DNA of 64,000 nt from Myxococcota bacterium (GCA_963676915.2 CAXXVK010000062.1:72342-136341); one strand, 5' to 3'; shown: positions 1 to 11,219, counted from the first letter of the stretch. Program-made: numbers and translations. Notes: a model not told the origin generated them from the sequence alone.

Positions 1-266
1 TCATGTGCGAGCAATGCGTCGAAAGCGAAACCGTACACACCGACGAACGCCACTCCTGGAACAAGCCAAGGTTCGAGCCATGCAACAGGTTGATTTCGCT
101 TTATAATCTTGGAAACCATTCCCACGATCAAACCGGCAAACACCAGACCATGCAGCAAAATCGGTCCGATGTCTCTTGTCCACGCTCCATTGGTCGCAAA
201 AACGGCCAACAGGCCGAAAATCGCCCCTACGAAGAGATAGGAAATACCGGTGCGCAAATGGGTCAT
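1..266 (-). CDS. membrane protein, N-terminal part (runs off window edge)
   Basis: ATG at 266, 4 nt after the stop of the GT gene; manual translation MTHLRTGISYLFVGAIFGLLAVFATNG... is hydrophobic and open to position 1. Confidence 0.6.
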   Translation of the reverse strand, partial: MTHLRTGISYLFVGAIFGLLAVFATNGAWTRDIGPILLHGLVFAGLIVGMVSKIIKRNQPVAWLEPWLVPGVAFVGVYGFAFDALLAH

Positions 267-270
267 AAGA

Positions 271-1425
271 TTATTCTTCCAACCAACGCTTGATGTGACG
301 GTATCGTTCGTTCCAATCATTTTGGGCTGACCATTGTCGACGGTCCGCTTTTCTATCATCGGATGGCTTTTCGGATAGCGCGTTTTCGAGTTTCGTGCAA
401 TAGTCGGCTCGATTCTGCACAAGATACAACCGTTCAGCCGCACGATCCGCCGGTGGAATCGGTGGACAGATCACCGGCAACCCAGCCCCGAGGTATTCGT
501 AGAGCTTGATCATGTCTTGAGACAATGTATAAGGCGTGACCGGATGCGGAATCAACGCCGCGTCCACGTCGGCGAGCTTCGCCCTCAACGTGCTTACATG
601 GACCTTACCGTGAAAATTAAAATTGCGGTGACTTTTGAGTGTCTTGAAAAGTTTTGGGCTATCAAGACTTCCGTAACAATCGAAAATTACACGAGGAAAT
701 GAATTCATCATTTCTTCCAGTGCATCGAGATCCAACCGTTCGGGATGGTAATATCCCGCCAGCAAAACACGCGCTGAACCGGTTTTTGCCTTGTACCTTT
801 GCATCGGTGTCGGAATGGGACCGTGACCGGCGTTTGGAACATAGTGAAGATCCGTATGACCGGGATATTTTTTCGCCAATATCGGATTGGTTACGAATAC
901 GGTATCCATTCGCGCCGCCGCTTCATATCCCTGTTGAATGCGTTTGAATCTCTTTTGCATCAACGGCGATAGCAACCAGTCGTCGTTCGTATCGAACATT
1001 CGCTTTTTTGCCGGGAATTTCTCGGCAAACAGAGCTTCTTTGGGAGTGAACACCAACAAGCGCCCTCCCCACCCGAATTCGGGACATTCGCTCGCGATTC
1101 TTTGCAGCAAGCGGTTATCCAGCGCATACGGATAACAATGCTCCAATAAATACCTTCGTCTTGCGGCATGACCTTCGTGGCGCTCGATTTTCGTAAAAAC
1201 TCCCCACGGACCGGAATGAAGAATTTTGCGTGAAAATCCGGGAGGTTGAAGCTTAACCCCCTGGTAAATCCACTTAGGATGTACCCGTGAAACGCTCAAC
1301 AGGGACGAAATCGACGGATCGAGGATCAACCGATCCAGCAATGCCGCGCTTCGGTTGGTCGCTCCGTTGATCAACCGATGCGCATGGACATGGGCGGCAA
1401 GCACCGTCACAGGTCGCCGGATCAT
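271..1425 (-). CDS. GT-B fold glycosyltransferase (GT4-like)
   Basis: 384 aa; VPNA, FHGKV and DMIKLYEYLGAGLPVI donor-binding motif. Confidence 0.8.
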   Translation of the reverse strand: MIRRPVTVLAAHVHAHRLINGATNRSAALLDRLILDPSISSLLSVSRVHPKWIYQGVKLQPPGFSRKILHSGPWGVFTKIERHEGHAARRRYLLEHCYPYALDNRLLQRIASECPEFGWGGRLLVFTPKEALFAEKFPAKKRMFDTNDDWLLSPLMQKRFKRIQQGYEAAARMDTVFVTNPILAKKYPGHTDLHYVPNAGHGPIPTPMQRYKAKTGSARVLLAGYYHPERLDLDALEEMMNSFPRVIFDCYGSLDSPKLFKTLKSHRNFNFHGKVHVSTLRAKLADVDAALIPHPVTPYTLSQDMIKLYEYLGAGLPVICPPIPPADRAAERLYLVQNRADYCTKLENALSEKPSDDRKADRRQWSAQNDWNERYRHIKRWLEE

Positions 1426-3224
1426 CGGAAAACTCCTCGATAATACACGGGAAACACCATGGCTTCGTGTAGGAAAAGGTTGCGATCTCCATCGCTTCCG
1501 GCTTCGTCGTTATCGAAACGAACGAGGATATCATTGACGCCTTCAGCGGCCTGAAATCGTACAGAGAACAGATGTGAGTCCGTTTCCGCCGAAACATCGC
1601 CCTCCCCTACTTCTTCTCCGTTGGCCAGAATCGTCAGATGAGGCATGACATCATGGTAAGCCTGCCCACTGACACGCAACCGTATCTCATACATACCCCG
1701 AACAAGTTCCAGTCTCCAGGTTGCATCCCCGTTGAAATACAGCTTGTTTCGCTGTTTTCCTCGCCAAACGGAAGGAGAGCCTTTTACAACCAGCCATTGC
1801 CGAAGCTGATTGACGATGCGCTGTTCGCCGATCCAGGCGTATAAACCAGCCAACTTGGCGATATATTTGCGGTTTCCCGGATCGGATTGCACGGCTTTTT
1901 CCCAGTTTTTCACCGCATCTTCGGGCTGAAAAGCCTCGTATTCGTGCAATCCCGAAAGATATCGTTCGACGACGAGTCCGTAAGGATCACGTTTCAATCG
2001 GGTGGTAATGTTCTGCAAATGCTCGGTATCGTCGTTCTGAACGGCCAACTCGCCAGCCAGTTCAAGCAACTGTCCCAAAGGGGTAACTCGTGAATTCTGC
2101 CACCCTTTTTCAAGCGATTCCCGTTCTTTTGCCAATGCAGCGGGATCTTGCAGAACACGATCGACCCAGGGTTGGAGTTTTGCACGAGCTTCGGCGGGTT
2201 GTCCGCGCCAGTGAAGTATTCGAGCCAGATGGATCGTTTCAAGTTCCGTAGCAGCCTCACAGGCAAGCAGATCTTCCGTCGTTATCTGATCCTTCGCAAA
2301 CAGTTGAAACGACACGAAAAGCTCTCCGGCATCGTACAACGCCGAAGCAAAAGCCAGACGTGCCGAAGGTGTTCTTTCCACACGAAAAAGTCGGCTCAAA
2401 GCGGGTAAAGCCATTTCGGATTCGTTCGCTTCAACGAATTCTCTGGCCGCCAACCACAAAGCGTCCCGTTCTTTGGGCCACCAACCCAACTGTCTCCACG
2501 CAACGGCCCGGTGCATGGCGCGTTCTGCGGAACGGATAGACTCATCAGCCGATTCCGTCGGATCGGATGAAGAAGCAACCAGCGTCGCTACTTTGATAGG
2601 GGCGAAAAGTCCGAGAATCACTAGGAAAATACGCAAGCACCAAATCCACCGTTTAGCATTCAGCGGTAGTTTTCTGCTTAGTGGCGAAGCAAGCACCAAC
2701 ACCAATGTTACAGCCATAAATAACGGAATTTGCGGAAGGATCGGCGTTTCAAGCGAAAACGGTCTTACGATACTCCAAAGCAGTCCATCGGAAGACCAGA
2801 CGCTTCGAGGTGCAACCTCCCATAAGGCTCCAAATACCTCCAGAGGCGGAAAAGCTTGGAAAAACAACATCAATCCCACAACAGCCACGATCGCAACGCC
2901 GATCATCCAGGATGGAAGCCAGCGTTTGAAAGAAGTCCCAAAAGCGGCAAAAATGATGGAAAGCAACAGACTTAGCGAAAGGACAAGTGGCAGCGATGAA
3001 AAAGCCGACAGCCTCGGATCAAGCATTCTCCAGCTTTCCACACCGGAAAAAGCCGTAACAAACAAGAGAAGCGCTGAAAGAAAAACGTTGGAATTCCTGG
3101 CTCGTGGATAAAACGTAATCAGTAACGCAACAATGGCGACAAACGAAGTAACCCACCGTTGAACCGGCAGTGTGAACAACAACAGAAGTTCCGCAAGAAT
3201 CAGGAAAAACGCTGAAAATTTCAC
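1422..3224 (-). CDS. multi-pass membrane protein with TPR region and C-terminal carbohydrate-binding-module-like domain
   Basis: About 7 N-terminal hydrophobic helices, TPR-like helices (AVKNWEKAVQSDPGN), C-terminal FDND...GDRNLFL motif of Ca-dependent CBM-like domains. Confidence 0.6.
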   Translation of the reverse strand: MKFSAFFLILAELLLLFTLPVQRWVTSFVAIVALLITFYPRARNSNVFLSALLLFVTAFSGVESWRMLDPRLSAFSSLPLVLSLSLLLSIIFAAFGTSFKRWLPSWMIGVAIVAVVGLMLFFQAFPPLEVFGALWEVAPRSVWSSDGLLWSIVRPFSLETPILPQIPLFMAVTLVLVLASPLSRKLPLNAKRWIWCLRIFLVILGLFAPIKVATLVASSSDPTESADESIRSAERAMHRAVAWRQLGWWPKERDALWLAAREFVEANESEMALPALSRLFRVERTPSARLAFASALYDAGELFVSFQLFAKDQITTEDLLACEAATELETIHLARILHWRGQPAEARAKLQPWVDRVLQDPAALAKERESLEKGWQNSRVTPLGQLLELAGELAVQNDDTEHLQNITTRLKRDPYGLVVERYLSGLHEYEAFQPEDAVKNWEKAVQSDPGNRKYIAKLAGLYAWIGEQRIVNQLRQWLVVKGSPSVWRGKQRNKLYFNGDATWRLELVRGMYEIRLRVSGQAYHDVMPHLTILANGEEVGEGDVSAETDSHLFSVRFQAAEGVNDILVRFDNDEAGSDGDRNLFLHEAMVFPVYYRGVFR

Positions 3225-3862
3225 GCTTTACCATCCTTTGACGGATCTCTTTCTTTGCGTCTCCATCTGCTCCAGGCCAGCGCTCCGAAAATTCCAAAGA
3301 CGAATCCCCCCAACGCCGCCGATTGGTGCCGCCATCTTGCTTGTATCACCCAGGGTTTCCAGGGAAGTGGTTTATGCAACTGAAACATGTTGGCTTCAGC
3401 GCAGGATCGTCTCTCTTCCGGCAATTTTTGGATATGCCGCCGAAGGATTTCCTCGTAGCGCCTTACCCCGAGTTCCGCCCATTGAACGACGAGTTTCGAA
3501 GCTTCTTCTCGCGTGTCCGCCTCGACTTCGAAATGCAAGTGATGAGAATCCGTCCGATGCCGAATGTGAAAACTCGCCGTGGATGGTTCTTTTCGATCTT
3601 CCCTGAGTTGCGTGCTTTCGACTTCCTGAAGAAACGACGAATCCGTAAGAAGGTCGCGGATCGTACCGAGATGGGCAAACGTCGCCCCACCGGTTTCTCC
3701 GACAAACGGGCAGTTGGGATCTGGAGTTTTCACCGCCGTAAGCGCCACTTCCGCACGATAGCGGAGCGGAAGTGCCAAGGATAGAATCAAACCGGCCAGC
3801 AATCCGCCGAAACCGGCCAGAGCCAGCTTTCCGAAAGAGGTTCGGGACACGTCAGTTTTCAT
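3221..3862 (-). CDS. Wzz-like / polysaccharide co-polymerase-like membrane protein
   Basis: N-terminal TM followed by P-x-x-Y-x-A, periplasmic segment, C-terminal Gly-rich TM; overlaps next gene by 4 nt. Confidence 0.5.
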   Translation of the reverse strand: MKTDVSRTSFGKLALAGFGGLLAGLILSLALPLRYRAEVALTAVKTPDPNCPFVGETGGATFAHLGTIRDLLTDSSFLQEVESTQLREDRKEPSTASFHIRHRTDSHHLHFEVEADTREEASKLVVQWAELGVRRYEEILRRHIQKLPEERRSCAEANMFQLHKPLPWKPWVIQARWRHQSAALGGFVFGIFGALAWSRWRRKERDPSKDGKA

Positions 3863-3877
3863 CCGAACCTCTCATGA

Positions 3878-6445
3878 TCATTCCCAGCTAACGCTTTTTT
3901 CACCGTTCAGAACGCGAATCCATAAGGTTTTCGCCTCTGAATCGTACCACCAACCTTCGGTTTCGGAATCCGTCACGCTTTCAAGATCCGACGCTTGCGC
4001 CAGAGGACCTCCATCCAACGAAACGCTTGTGGGTGCTGCGGTTACGGCCAAAAGTTCGAATACCGCACCATAGGCGAATTCGTCACCGCCGGAGAACGCC
4101 AGACTGCTTCCTTCAAGCGAAATGCTTGTATCGTCGAACATGTTGAAAACACTGTCTTTTCCAGGAACTGCACGTACGAACAACACGCCGGGGGTCGTGT
4201 CGTAGGAGTCGATTTCTTCCGGGTGGATTGTCGGCGCCATCGTGTCGATAGTCGGCCTTAGCATCGGGACAATCGCGCCACGGGCGATATACAGTGGCAA
4301 CGTACCCAATGGAGCATTGACAGTCGCCGTTTTCTCGCCTTCATACACTTCGCCGGTCCACCAGTCGATCCATTCTCCCGGCGGGAAAAGCACGTCGCGG
4401 CTCACGGCTCCCCGTTCGAGAATCGGTGCTACATACAGATAATCGCCGAACAGGTAGCTGTCCCAAGGATGTTCTCCCATTTCGGGATACGCCAAACCCA
4501 AAGCACGTTGAATGGGACGGCCATCGCTTTTCAGGTTTTCAGCGTACGTCCATTCGTAGGGCCAGAGTCGCAGGTGTAAACGTGCGTATTTACGGTAGCT
4601 TTCCAGCAGGATTTCGTCGCGTTCACCCGATTCGTTTTTGAATTCCCACGGAACGTTATTGGTGTTCGTACCAACTTGCATCACGGTGGACAACGCGGTC
4701 TGCTCGAACCAGCGCATGAACAGTTCATTATCCGGTGGCGCATGGATATATCCACCCGTGTCCGACCCGTAAAACGGGAAACCGGACGGTCCAAGCGAGA
4801 GTCCGTAAATCATTGAGGAAGGATATCCTCCCACGGATTTTTCGATTTTCCCATCGTCCTCGATTTCATCCCCTTCGAGCGTGAAATTGGCTCCTAGATC
4901 GCCCGGCCAGATGACGCTGACGTTGACCTGGTCGCCGATGGTGCCGCCACGGCAGATCAGGAATCCTCCATCTTCCGGTAGAAGCTCGGCATATACTTGA
5001 TGGTAGAAAAGCTGATAGCGAGCATGCATCGTCTGTTCGTTGGAGCCGTCGTAAAACTCCCAGACGTTACGGAAGTTCGGCAGGCCGGGAAGAACGTCCT
5101 CGGCGTAATCCATCTTGAATCCTTCAATTCCCATGTCGGTGTAGAACCTCATGTTCGTCTGCCACCAGTCAAAGCAGTCGGGATTCGTAAAATCGAGCAG
5201 CGTTCCCCAGGTGTTCAACGGAATTCCGGTTGTGGGCGGTAAAAATCCGTTTTCTTGTACGTAGGCAAGGTTCTCTTGGGTGGTTTCGTGACTGGCATCG
5301 ACGTAAGGAGCCTGCCAGATCGCCATCCGAAGTCCCATATCGTGGGCGTAGTCGATCATCTCCTGTGCATTGGTCCACTGGTCGGGATTCCAGTTGAACG
5401 CCCCGACTTGCGTTGCATAGGGGCGATCCACCCAGTAACCGGAGGTCGCCAGATCGAGATCCCGGATGGTGTCGATGTCGTTGACGACCTGCGCTTGGTT
5501 GTCGTTTTCATCGCGCCAGATCCACGGCCCCAACGCCCAGCGTGCAGGCAGCAACGGATAACCAGTAATCTCGTAGTAATGTTGTGTAATGTCCAGCGGA
5601 TGTTCCTCGGCAAAGAGGTAGAATTCCAATCCATCAGCGGTATCAAGACCGGTTCCGAAGGTCGTTTCCACCAGATCGTCGGCCTCGGTCGCTACTTTGA
5701 ATTCAGCCGGGTGGAAGTCGTTGACGAACAAACCCCAGCCAGTCGAGCCGATCAGCAAAGGAATCGGAACGTGGCGCTCGTTGTACTGGCTTTCCGAATC
5801 GATCGCTTCAAGCTGCATTGCCCGCCGTTTGCCTCGGTGGTTGACGTGATCGTGAGCGTTACCCAAACCATAAAAGCCCTCTTGAGAATCGGCAGTGGCT
5901 TGCAGCCGATAGAATCCTACCCCCTCGGCATCTCCGGCAGGTTTGAGCAGGAACTTAAACGATCCTATGGCAATTTCCTCGATATCCAGTGAAAACACCA
6001 GACCGCCCGTATAAGTCAACGTGTAACTTGCGGTATTCTCTGAAGATTCCGCTTGTACGATGCTTTGCGGCTTCAGCCACGACAACTCATCCTGATAGGG
6101 AGGCGGAAGGTCCGGGTCATCGATCCAGTACGGATCGAAATTGATATCTGCGAACGCAATGTTACTGGATAACGTGGTGGGAACGCGCCCGATCATCAAA
6201 CCGTCTTTTGGAATCGACAGCAGTTTTTGATCTCCGCGAAACAGTGAAATCGTTTCGGTTTCCAGCGAGACTTCCAGAATATAGCCCGAAGCATCCGCTT
6301 CCTGTTCGACTTCCGTATCCCCACCGTCGATCGTGTTGTTGTCGGAGTCCGACGAACAGCCGATAAAAAACAGCGAAACGAAAAACAGTAAAAAAATCAA
6401 ACTGTTCCACCTAGTCGTACGTGTGCTTTGCTTGCTTATCACCAC
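3878..6445 (-). CDS. glycoside hydrolase family 31 lipoprotein
   Basis: Lipobox FIGC; GH31 motifs FYGLG, GFKMDYAE, WPGD, GSDTGGY, ELFMRW, YLFGDYLYVAP. Confidence 0.85.
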   Translation of the reverse strand: MVISKQSTRTTRWNSLIFLLFFVSLFFIGCSSDSDNNTIDGGDTEVEQEADASGYILEVSLETETISLFRGDQKLLSIPKDGLMIGRVPTTLSSNIAFADINFDPYWIDDPDLPPPYQDELSWLKPQSIVQAESSENTASYTLTYTGGLVFSLDIEEIAIGSFKFLLKPAGDAEGVGFYRLQATADSQEGFYGLGNAHDHVNHRGKRRAMQLEAIDSESQYNERHVPIPLLIGSTGWGLFVNDFHPAEFKVATEADDLVETTFGTGLDTADGLEFYLFAEEHPLDITQHYYEITGYPLLPARWALGPWIWRDENDNQAQVVNDIDTIRDLDLATSGYWVDRPYATQVGAFNWNPDQWTNAQEMIDYAHDMGLRMAIWQAPYVDASHETTQENLAYVQENGFLPPTTGIPLNTWGTLLDFTNPDCFDWWQTNMRFYTDMGIEGFKMDYAEDVLPGLPNFRNVWEFYDGSNEQTMHARYQLFYHQVYAELLPEDGGFLICRGGTIGDQVNVSVIWPGDLGANFTLEGDEIEDDGKIEKSVGGYPSSMIYGLSLGPSGFPFYGSDTGGYIHAPPDNELFMRWFEQTALSTVMQVGTNTNNVPWEFKNESGERDEILLESYRKYARLHLRLWPYEWTYAENLKSDGRPIQRALGLAYPEMGEHPWDSYLFGDYLYVAPILERGAVSRDVLFPPGEWIDWWTGEVYEGEKTATVNAPLGTLPLYIARGAIVPMLRPTIDTMAPTIHPEEIDSYDTTPGVLFVRAVPGKDSVFNMFDDTSISLEGSSLAFSGGDEFAYGAVFELLAVTAAPTSVSLDGGPLAQASDLESVTDSETEGWWYDSEAKTLWIRVLNGEKSVSWE

Positions 6446-6487
6446 GATAATCCTCGCTTGATTTTCAAAAACTTTCAGACGTATTGT

Positions 6488-7336
6488 TTATTTCCAGTCC
6501 AATTCCAGGTTGTCGATCAATCTGACACCACCGATAAATGCCGCAACCAATGCAACCGCAGGTTCCGAAATCGTATCCAGCAACGTCAGGTTTTCCCGGC
6601 TGCGGATTTCCAAGTAATCTAACGAAAAATCACCAGCGCTTTCAATCGTTTTTCGCGCTTTGGACGTTAGACGTTTGCAATCTTTCTCACCATGCTTTAC
6701 AGCGTCATTGATTTTTTGAAGCATCTGATACAACAGAATGGCTTTTTCTCTGCTTTTTGCATCAAGGTTGGCATTTCTGCTGGACATTGCCAGTCCATCC
6801 GGCTCACGAAACGTTTCGCCGCCCACTATTTCAATCGGGAAGTCCAGGTCTTTCACCATGCGGCGGATCATCCGCCACTGCTGATAATCCTTTTTCCCGA
6901 AGGCGGTGATGTCGGGCTGAGTCAAATTGAAAAGCTTGGTGACGACGGTCGAAACGCCTTGCATATGACCCGGCCTCGTCGCTCCACACAATCCTTTGGA
7001 TACTTCTTTGACCTGGACTTCGCTTTGAAATCCTTCAGGATACATTTGTGGAACTTCGGGCGAAAAAATGATATCCGCGCCGTTTTCACGACATTTCGCG
7101 AAATCTCCCTCTTCGTCGCGGGGATAGCAATCAAGATCCGTAGCCTGATTGAACTGAATAGGATTGACGAAGATCGTCACGACCAACAGATCGCAGCGCG
7201 ACCGAATAAGCTGCATCAGAGACAGATGTCCATCGTGCAGATAACCCATGGTAGGCACCACACCGATACGCTGCCCTGCCCTCTTCGCCTGCAACGCCCG
7301 TTGTTGCATCTCTTGGGGAGTTCGGATGACTTCCAT
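6488..7336 (-). CDS. panC: pantoate--beta-alanine ligase
   Basis: VPTMGYLHDGHLSL, IFVNPIQF, FGKKDYQQ, REPDGLAMSSRN, RLIDN. Confidence 0.97.
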   Translation of the reverse strand: MEVIRTPQEMQQRALQAKRAGQRIGVVPTMGYLHDGHLSLMQLIRSRCDLLVVTIFVNPIQFNQATDLDCYPRDEEGDFAKCRENGADIIFSPEVPQMYPEGFQSEVQVKEVSKGLCGATRPGHMQGVSTVVTKLFNLTQPDITAFGKKDYQQWRMIRRMVKDLDFPIEIVGGETFREPDGLAMSSRNANLDAKSREKAILLYQMLQKINDAVKHGEKDCKRLTSKARKTIESAGDFSLDYLEIRSRENLTLLDTISEPAVALVAAFIGGVRLIDNLELDWK

Positions 7337-7356
7337 GACGACCTCGTCTTACCCTA

Positions 7357-8572
7357 TTAGATAACCAAATTCTTACGGATACGTTCCGCTGCTTCTTTCA
7401 CTTGATCCAGCGTCGGAACCAGCGCGAACCTCACGTAGCCTTCTCCCGGGTTGACACCGCCCGAACACTCATCCGTGATCCACGCGCCCGGGTGTGACGA
7501 CCAAAGCCAGTTCGTCCGCCAATAGCTTCTTCGCGAATTCGAGCGAAGACAGCCCGTTCGGCGTTTTCAACCAAATGTAAAATGTAGCAGGTGGAACGTT
7601 GACTTCCAATCCTACGGATTGCAAAGCCTCTACGAGAATATCGCGCTTTTCACGATACAGCAAGCGCATCGATTCGGCATGAGATTCGTCTTCGAGTGCA
7701 GCGATGGCAGCATCCTGAATGAAATCCGGCGTACCGGAATCGATGTTGGTTTTCAGCTTTTTAAACGCTGTCACGATGCGCTCGTCACCCGCAACGAAAC
7801 CGATACGGTAACCGGTCATGTTGTTGCGTTTGCTCATGGAATAGAAGGTCAAAACGCCTTCCCGTTCCACTTCCAGAATCGACATCGGTTTTTCGTCGAA
7901 ATAAATATCAATGTAGCAGCCCTCATCGGCCGCGATAAGGATGTTCCTCTCGTGCGCCCAGTCAATCAAACGCTTGTAATATTCACGAGTTGCCGTAGCT
8001 CCCGTCGGAGAGTTGGGGTAGTTGATCCACAGAATCTTCGCCTTTTCGGCTATGTCGTCCGGGATGGCTTCGACATCCAGCATGAAACCGTTCGATTCGA
8101 GCAAAGGCACGAAATATGGCGTTCCTTCGGCAAACAACGTTCCGGTTTTCATCGGTGGATAACCGGGGGACGGAATAATCGCCACATCTCCGGGATTTAA
8201 AAACGCTTCAGGAAAATGGAATACCGCTTCCTTGCTGCCTATTGTGGAGGCAATTTCTTTTTCGGGATCGAGTTCCACACCGAAACGGCGTTTCATCCAC
8301 GCTGCTGCGGCTTCACGGTAGGTTTTCGATCCGATATAGCTGGGATATCCCGAGGTGGCGTGACGATCCACGGCGTTTTTTACGGTTTCCCGTACCAATT
8401 CAGGAGTCGGATCGAGCGGATCTCCCACTCCGAAATCGATTGGCGTGATGCCTCGGGCTTTCAGATCCTCGACAATACGACCTACTTCGGCGAAGGCGTA
8501 CCCACCCAAGCTATTGATTCTCTTCGAATATTCAATCGTTATACTCATCGTGACCTCTCCTGATTCAATCAA
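7357..8572 (-). CDS. dapL: LL-diaminopimelate aminotransferase (class I/II PLP), with a +1 frameshift near 7488
   Basis: INYPNSPTGA, SMSKRNNMTGYRIGF; removing one base at 7487-7489 restores the C-terminus VTPGAWITD...GEGYVRFALVPT...NLVI* ending at 7357; adjacent to lysA and lysC. Confidence 0.75.
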
Positions 8573-9803
8573 AGGTTACGGTGCTGAACAAATCATCGAG
8601 CGTTTCGGCGCGGCGGATTTGGCGTAATTCGCCATCCAGTGTCAAAAGATACTCCGCATGGCGCGTTTGTCCATTGTAATTGTGGCCCATCGCAAAGGCA
8701 TGGGCGCCACAATGGTGAATCGCGACGACATCCCCGACGTTGCACAAGGGAAGTTCGCGATCTTTGGCAAACTGGTCGCTGTTTTCGCAAATACGTCCAA
8801 CGACCGAGACGGTTTCCTTTTTCGTCTCTCCATTGAGCACGGAAACATAGTGGTAAGCGTCGTAAATCGATGGCCGGGGCATGTCGTTGGAGCAAGCATC
8901 TACACCAACATACTTTTTGTAACTGTCTTTGATGGCATTGACATGGGTTACCAACCACCCGGCAGTAGCTCCGATGAAGCGCCCCGGCTCTACCATGATC
9001 GTCGGTTCGTTCAGCCCGAAGCGTTCAATCTGTCGGTCGAATACTTCACGAATCCCCTGGGCAAGCGGAACGAGGTCGAGGCTTTCTTCTTCAGGACGAT
9101 ACGGTACACCGAAACCACCACCGAGGTTAAGAAATTCAATCTCGATTCCGGTGGTATCACGGATTTCCGCTGCGATTTCAAGCTGTTTCTCTACGACTTT
9201 ATAAAAATACCGATCGTCCAGCACGTTGGAACCGGTCATGATGTGCATACCGAAATGCTTGACACCAAGCGCTTTGGCTTGACGAAACGCTTCGGTAGCT
9301 TTTTCGCGAGCCACGCCGAATTTTGCATCGGGACCAGCCAACACGATGTTTTCCTTGCCCCCCTTGCCGATTCCCGGATTGATACGGAAAGACAACGTTT
9401 CCGGCATACCTAGCGATTCCATCATGGGAAGAAGGCTGATGTCGTCGAGGTTGATGATCAACCCGGCTTCCATCGCCATGACGAATTCATCTCGGAGTGT
9501 GTAGTTCCCCGTATACATTCCACGTGCTCCAAGTTTTTGAGCAAGCCAGGCTTCCGAAGTACTGGACGCGTCGAACCCAAAACCCTCGTCCATGATAATT
9601 TTAAGAAGTTGGGGGTTGGGATTCGCTTTGACCGCGAACAGGGGTTTGAAAGAAGAAAAGACCTTTTCGAACGCCTGTTTCAACGTGCGGCAATTGGCGC
9701 GCAGTTTTTTCTCTTCGTACAGAAAAAACGGGGTCTCAAAACGGTCGGCGGCTTCAAGAATCGCCGACTCGGGCAAATACGTAACTTCTGGATTGACAGA
9801 CAT
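8565..9803 (-). CDS. lysA: diaminopimelate decarboxylase
   Basis: FAVKANPN, AKFGV, NLGGGFG, EPGRF, GRICENSD. Confidence 0.93.
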   Translation of the reverse strand: MSVNPEVTYLPESAILEAADRFETPFFLYEEKKLRANCRTLKQAFEKVFSSFKPLFAVKANPNPQLLKIIMDEGFGFDASSTSEAWLAQKLGARGMYTGNYTLRDEFVMAMEAGLIINLDDISLLPMMESLGMPETLSFRINPGIGKGGKENIVLAGPDAKFGVAREKATEAFRQAKALGVKHFGMHIMTGSNVLDDRYFYKVVEKQLEIAAEIRDTTGIEIEFLNLGGGFGVPYRPEEESLDLVPLAQGIREVFDRQIERFGLNEPTIMVEPGRFIGATAGWLVTHVNAIKDSYKKYVGVDACSNDMPRPSIYDAYHYVSVLNGETKKETVSVVGRICENSDQFAKDRELPLCNVGDVVAIHHCGAHAFAMGHNYNGQTRHAEYLLTLDGELRQIRRAETLDDLFSTVTFD

Positions 9804-9826
9804 AATTCCTTTTTATTCTTTGTTTT

Positions 9827-11194
9827 TTAGACACCGAAAAACGTTCGGTGGAGCAATTGAACGGTTTTGTCTCGATGCTCGTTGTCGATAACAATGCTGA
9901 GATTGATGCGCAAGTCACCCATCGAAATCATGTTGACTCCGATGCCTTCCTGACGCAATCCCTCGAAAACTTTTTCATAAATCGAAGCGTTGTGCTGAAT
10001 TTCAGCGCCAACCAGACACATGATGGCCTGATCCGGCGTCACAACCACCCTACCGAGTTTTTTGAGATCATTGACCAAAGGCTCGATCTCTTTCGGGGAT
10101 TGATCCACGCTTAGCGAAACACTTACCTCGGAGGTGGAAACCAAGTCGATGCTGATCCCGTGACGTGCGAAACATTCCGTGATTTTCGCCATGAATCCGG
10201 CAGCCATCAACATACCGTACGAACTGATGCGGATGATCGTCACATCTTTTTTGTAAGCGATGGACTTAAACGGCTGATCCGCTTCCACCGTTTCATCGAC
10301 GATCAACGTACCTTGTGCCTCGGGATGAAACGTGTTGAGAATACGAATGGGGATATTCTCTTTCAACGCAGGCCATACGCTATGCGGATGCAGCACTTTC
10401 GCTCCGAAATGCGCCAACTCGGCCATTTCATCGAAAGAAATGCGCTCCAGTATTTTTGCATTGGGAACTTTTGTTGGGTTGGCTGTGGCCACACCGTCCA
10501 CGTCGGTCCAGATCTGGATTTCTTCCGCATTCTTGACCGTTCCAGCCAGAGAAGCGCAGAAGTCCGAGTATCCCCTGCCGACACAGTTCAAAATGCCTTT
10601 GGTAGTTGGACCGAAAAAGCCCGTCAGCACCGGAACCGCGCCTTCTCGAACGTTTTCGAGGCTGGCTCGGAAGAAATCCTGAACCTTTGGCCAATAGTCT
10701 TCGCTATCGGTCGGCATATTCCCATGAATCAGGCGATCCAACGAGGTGAATTCCGCCGGACAATCCCTGTCTTCAAGTACGGAAGTCAGAATTCGGGCGC
10801 TCAACTTTTCACCAACAGCCAGTACGATGTCGTAGGAACGCGGTGTCAACTCTCCTACAACACCGATGGCATCGAGGAAAACCTGCAAGTCTTTGAGAGT
10901 TTTTGTTATGTACTCGCTCGCATCGAGCGCAAATTTTGTCTGTTTCACCGCTTTTCCGAGCACGTCAAGGTGGCGGTGCAGAATATCGTCTACGATGGTT
11001 CGAGCTTTCTCGGGTTGTCGCTGAATGGCGGCCTCGGTAGCCGACAGCAGCAGGTTGGTGATCCCACCGATGGCGGAAACGACGACTACCGGCTGCTTGC
11101 CGTTTTCGACCGCTCCCAAAACGATGTTCGCAACTTTGTTACGAATACAATCGGCATCGCCCATCGACGTTCCACCGAATTTCATCACAATCAT
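9827..11194 (-). CDS. lysC: aspartate kinase
   Basis: MKFGGTS, VVVVSA, GRGYSD, IWTDVDG, FGAKVLHP, two C-terminal ACT domains; RBS AAGGAG. Confidence 0.95.
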   Translation of the reverse strand: MIVMKFGGTSMGDADCIRNKVANIVLGAVENGKQPVVVVSAIGGITNLLLSATEAAIQRQPEKARTIVDDILHRHLDVLGKAVKQTKFALDASEYITKTLKDLQVFLDAIGVVGELTPRSYDIVLAVGEKLSARILTSVLEDRDCPAEFTSLDRLIHGNMPTDSEDYWPKVQDFFRASLENVREGAVPVLTGFFGPTTKGILNCVGRGYSDFCASLAGTVKNAEEIQIWTDVDGVATANPTKVPNAKILERISFDEMAELAHFGAKVLHPHSVWPALKENIPIRILNTFHPEAQGTLIVDETVEADQPFKSIAYKKDVTIIRISSYGMLMAAGFMAKITECFARHGISIDLVSTSEVSVSLSVDQSPKEIEPLVNDLKKLGRVVVTPDQAIMCLVGAEIQHNASIYEKVFEGLRQEGIGVNMISMGDLRINLSIVIDNEHRDKTVQLLHRTFFGV

Positions 11195-11219
11195 GCAAAT
11201 CTACTCCTTTCCACTAGTG

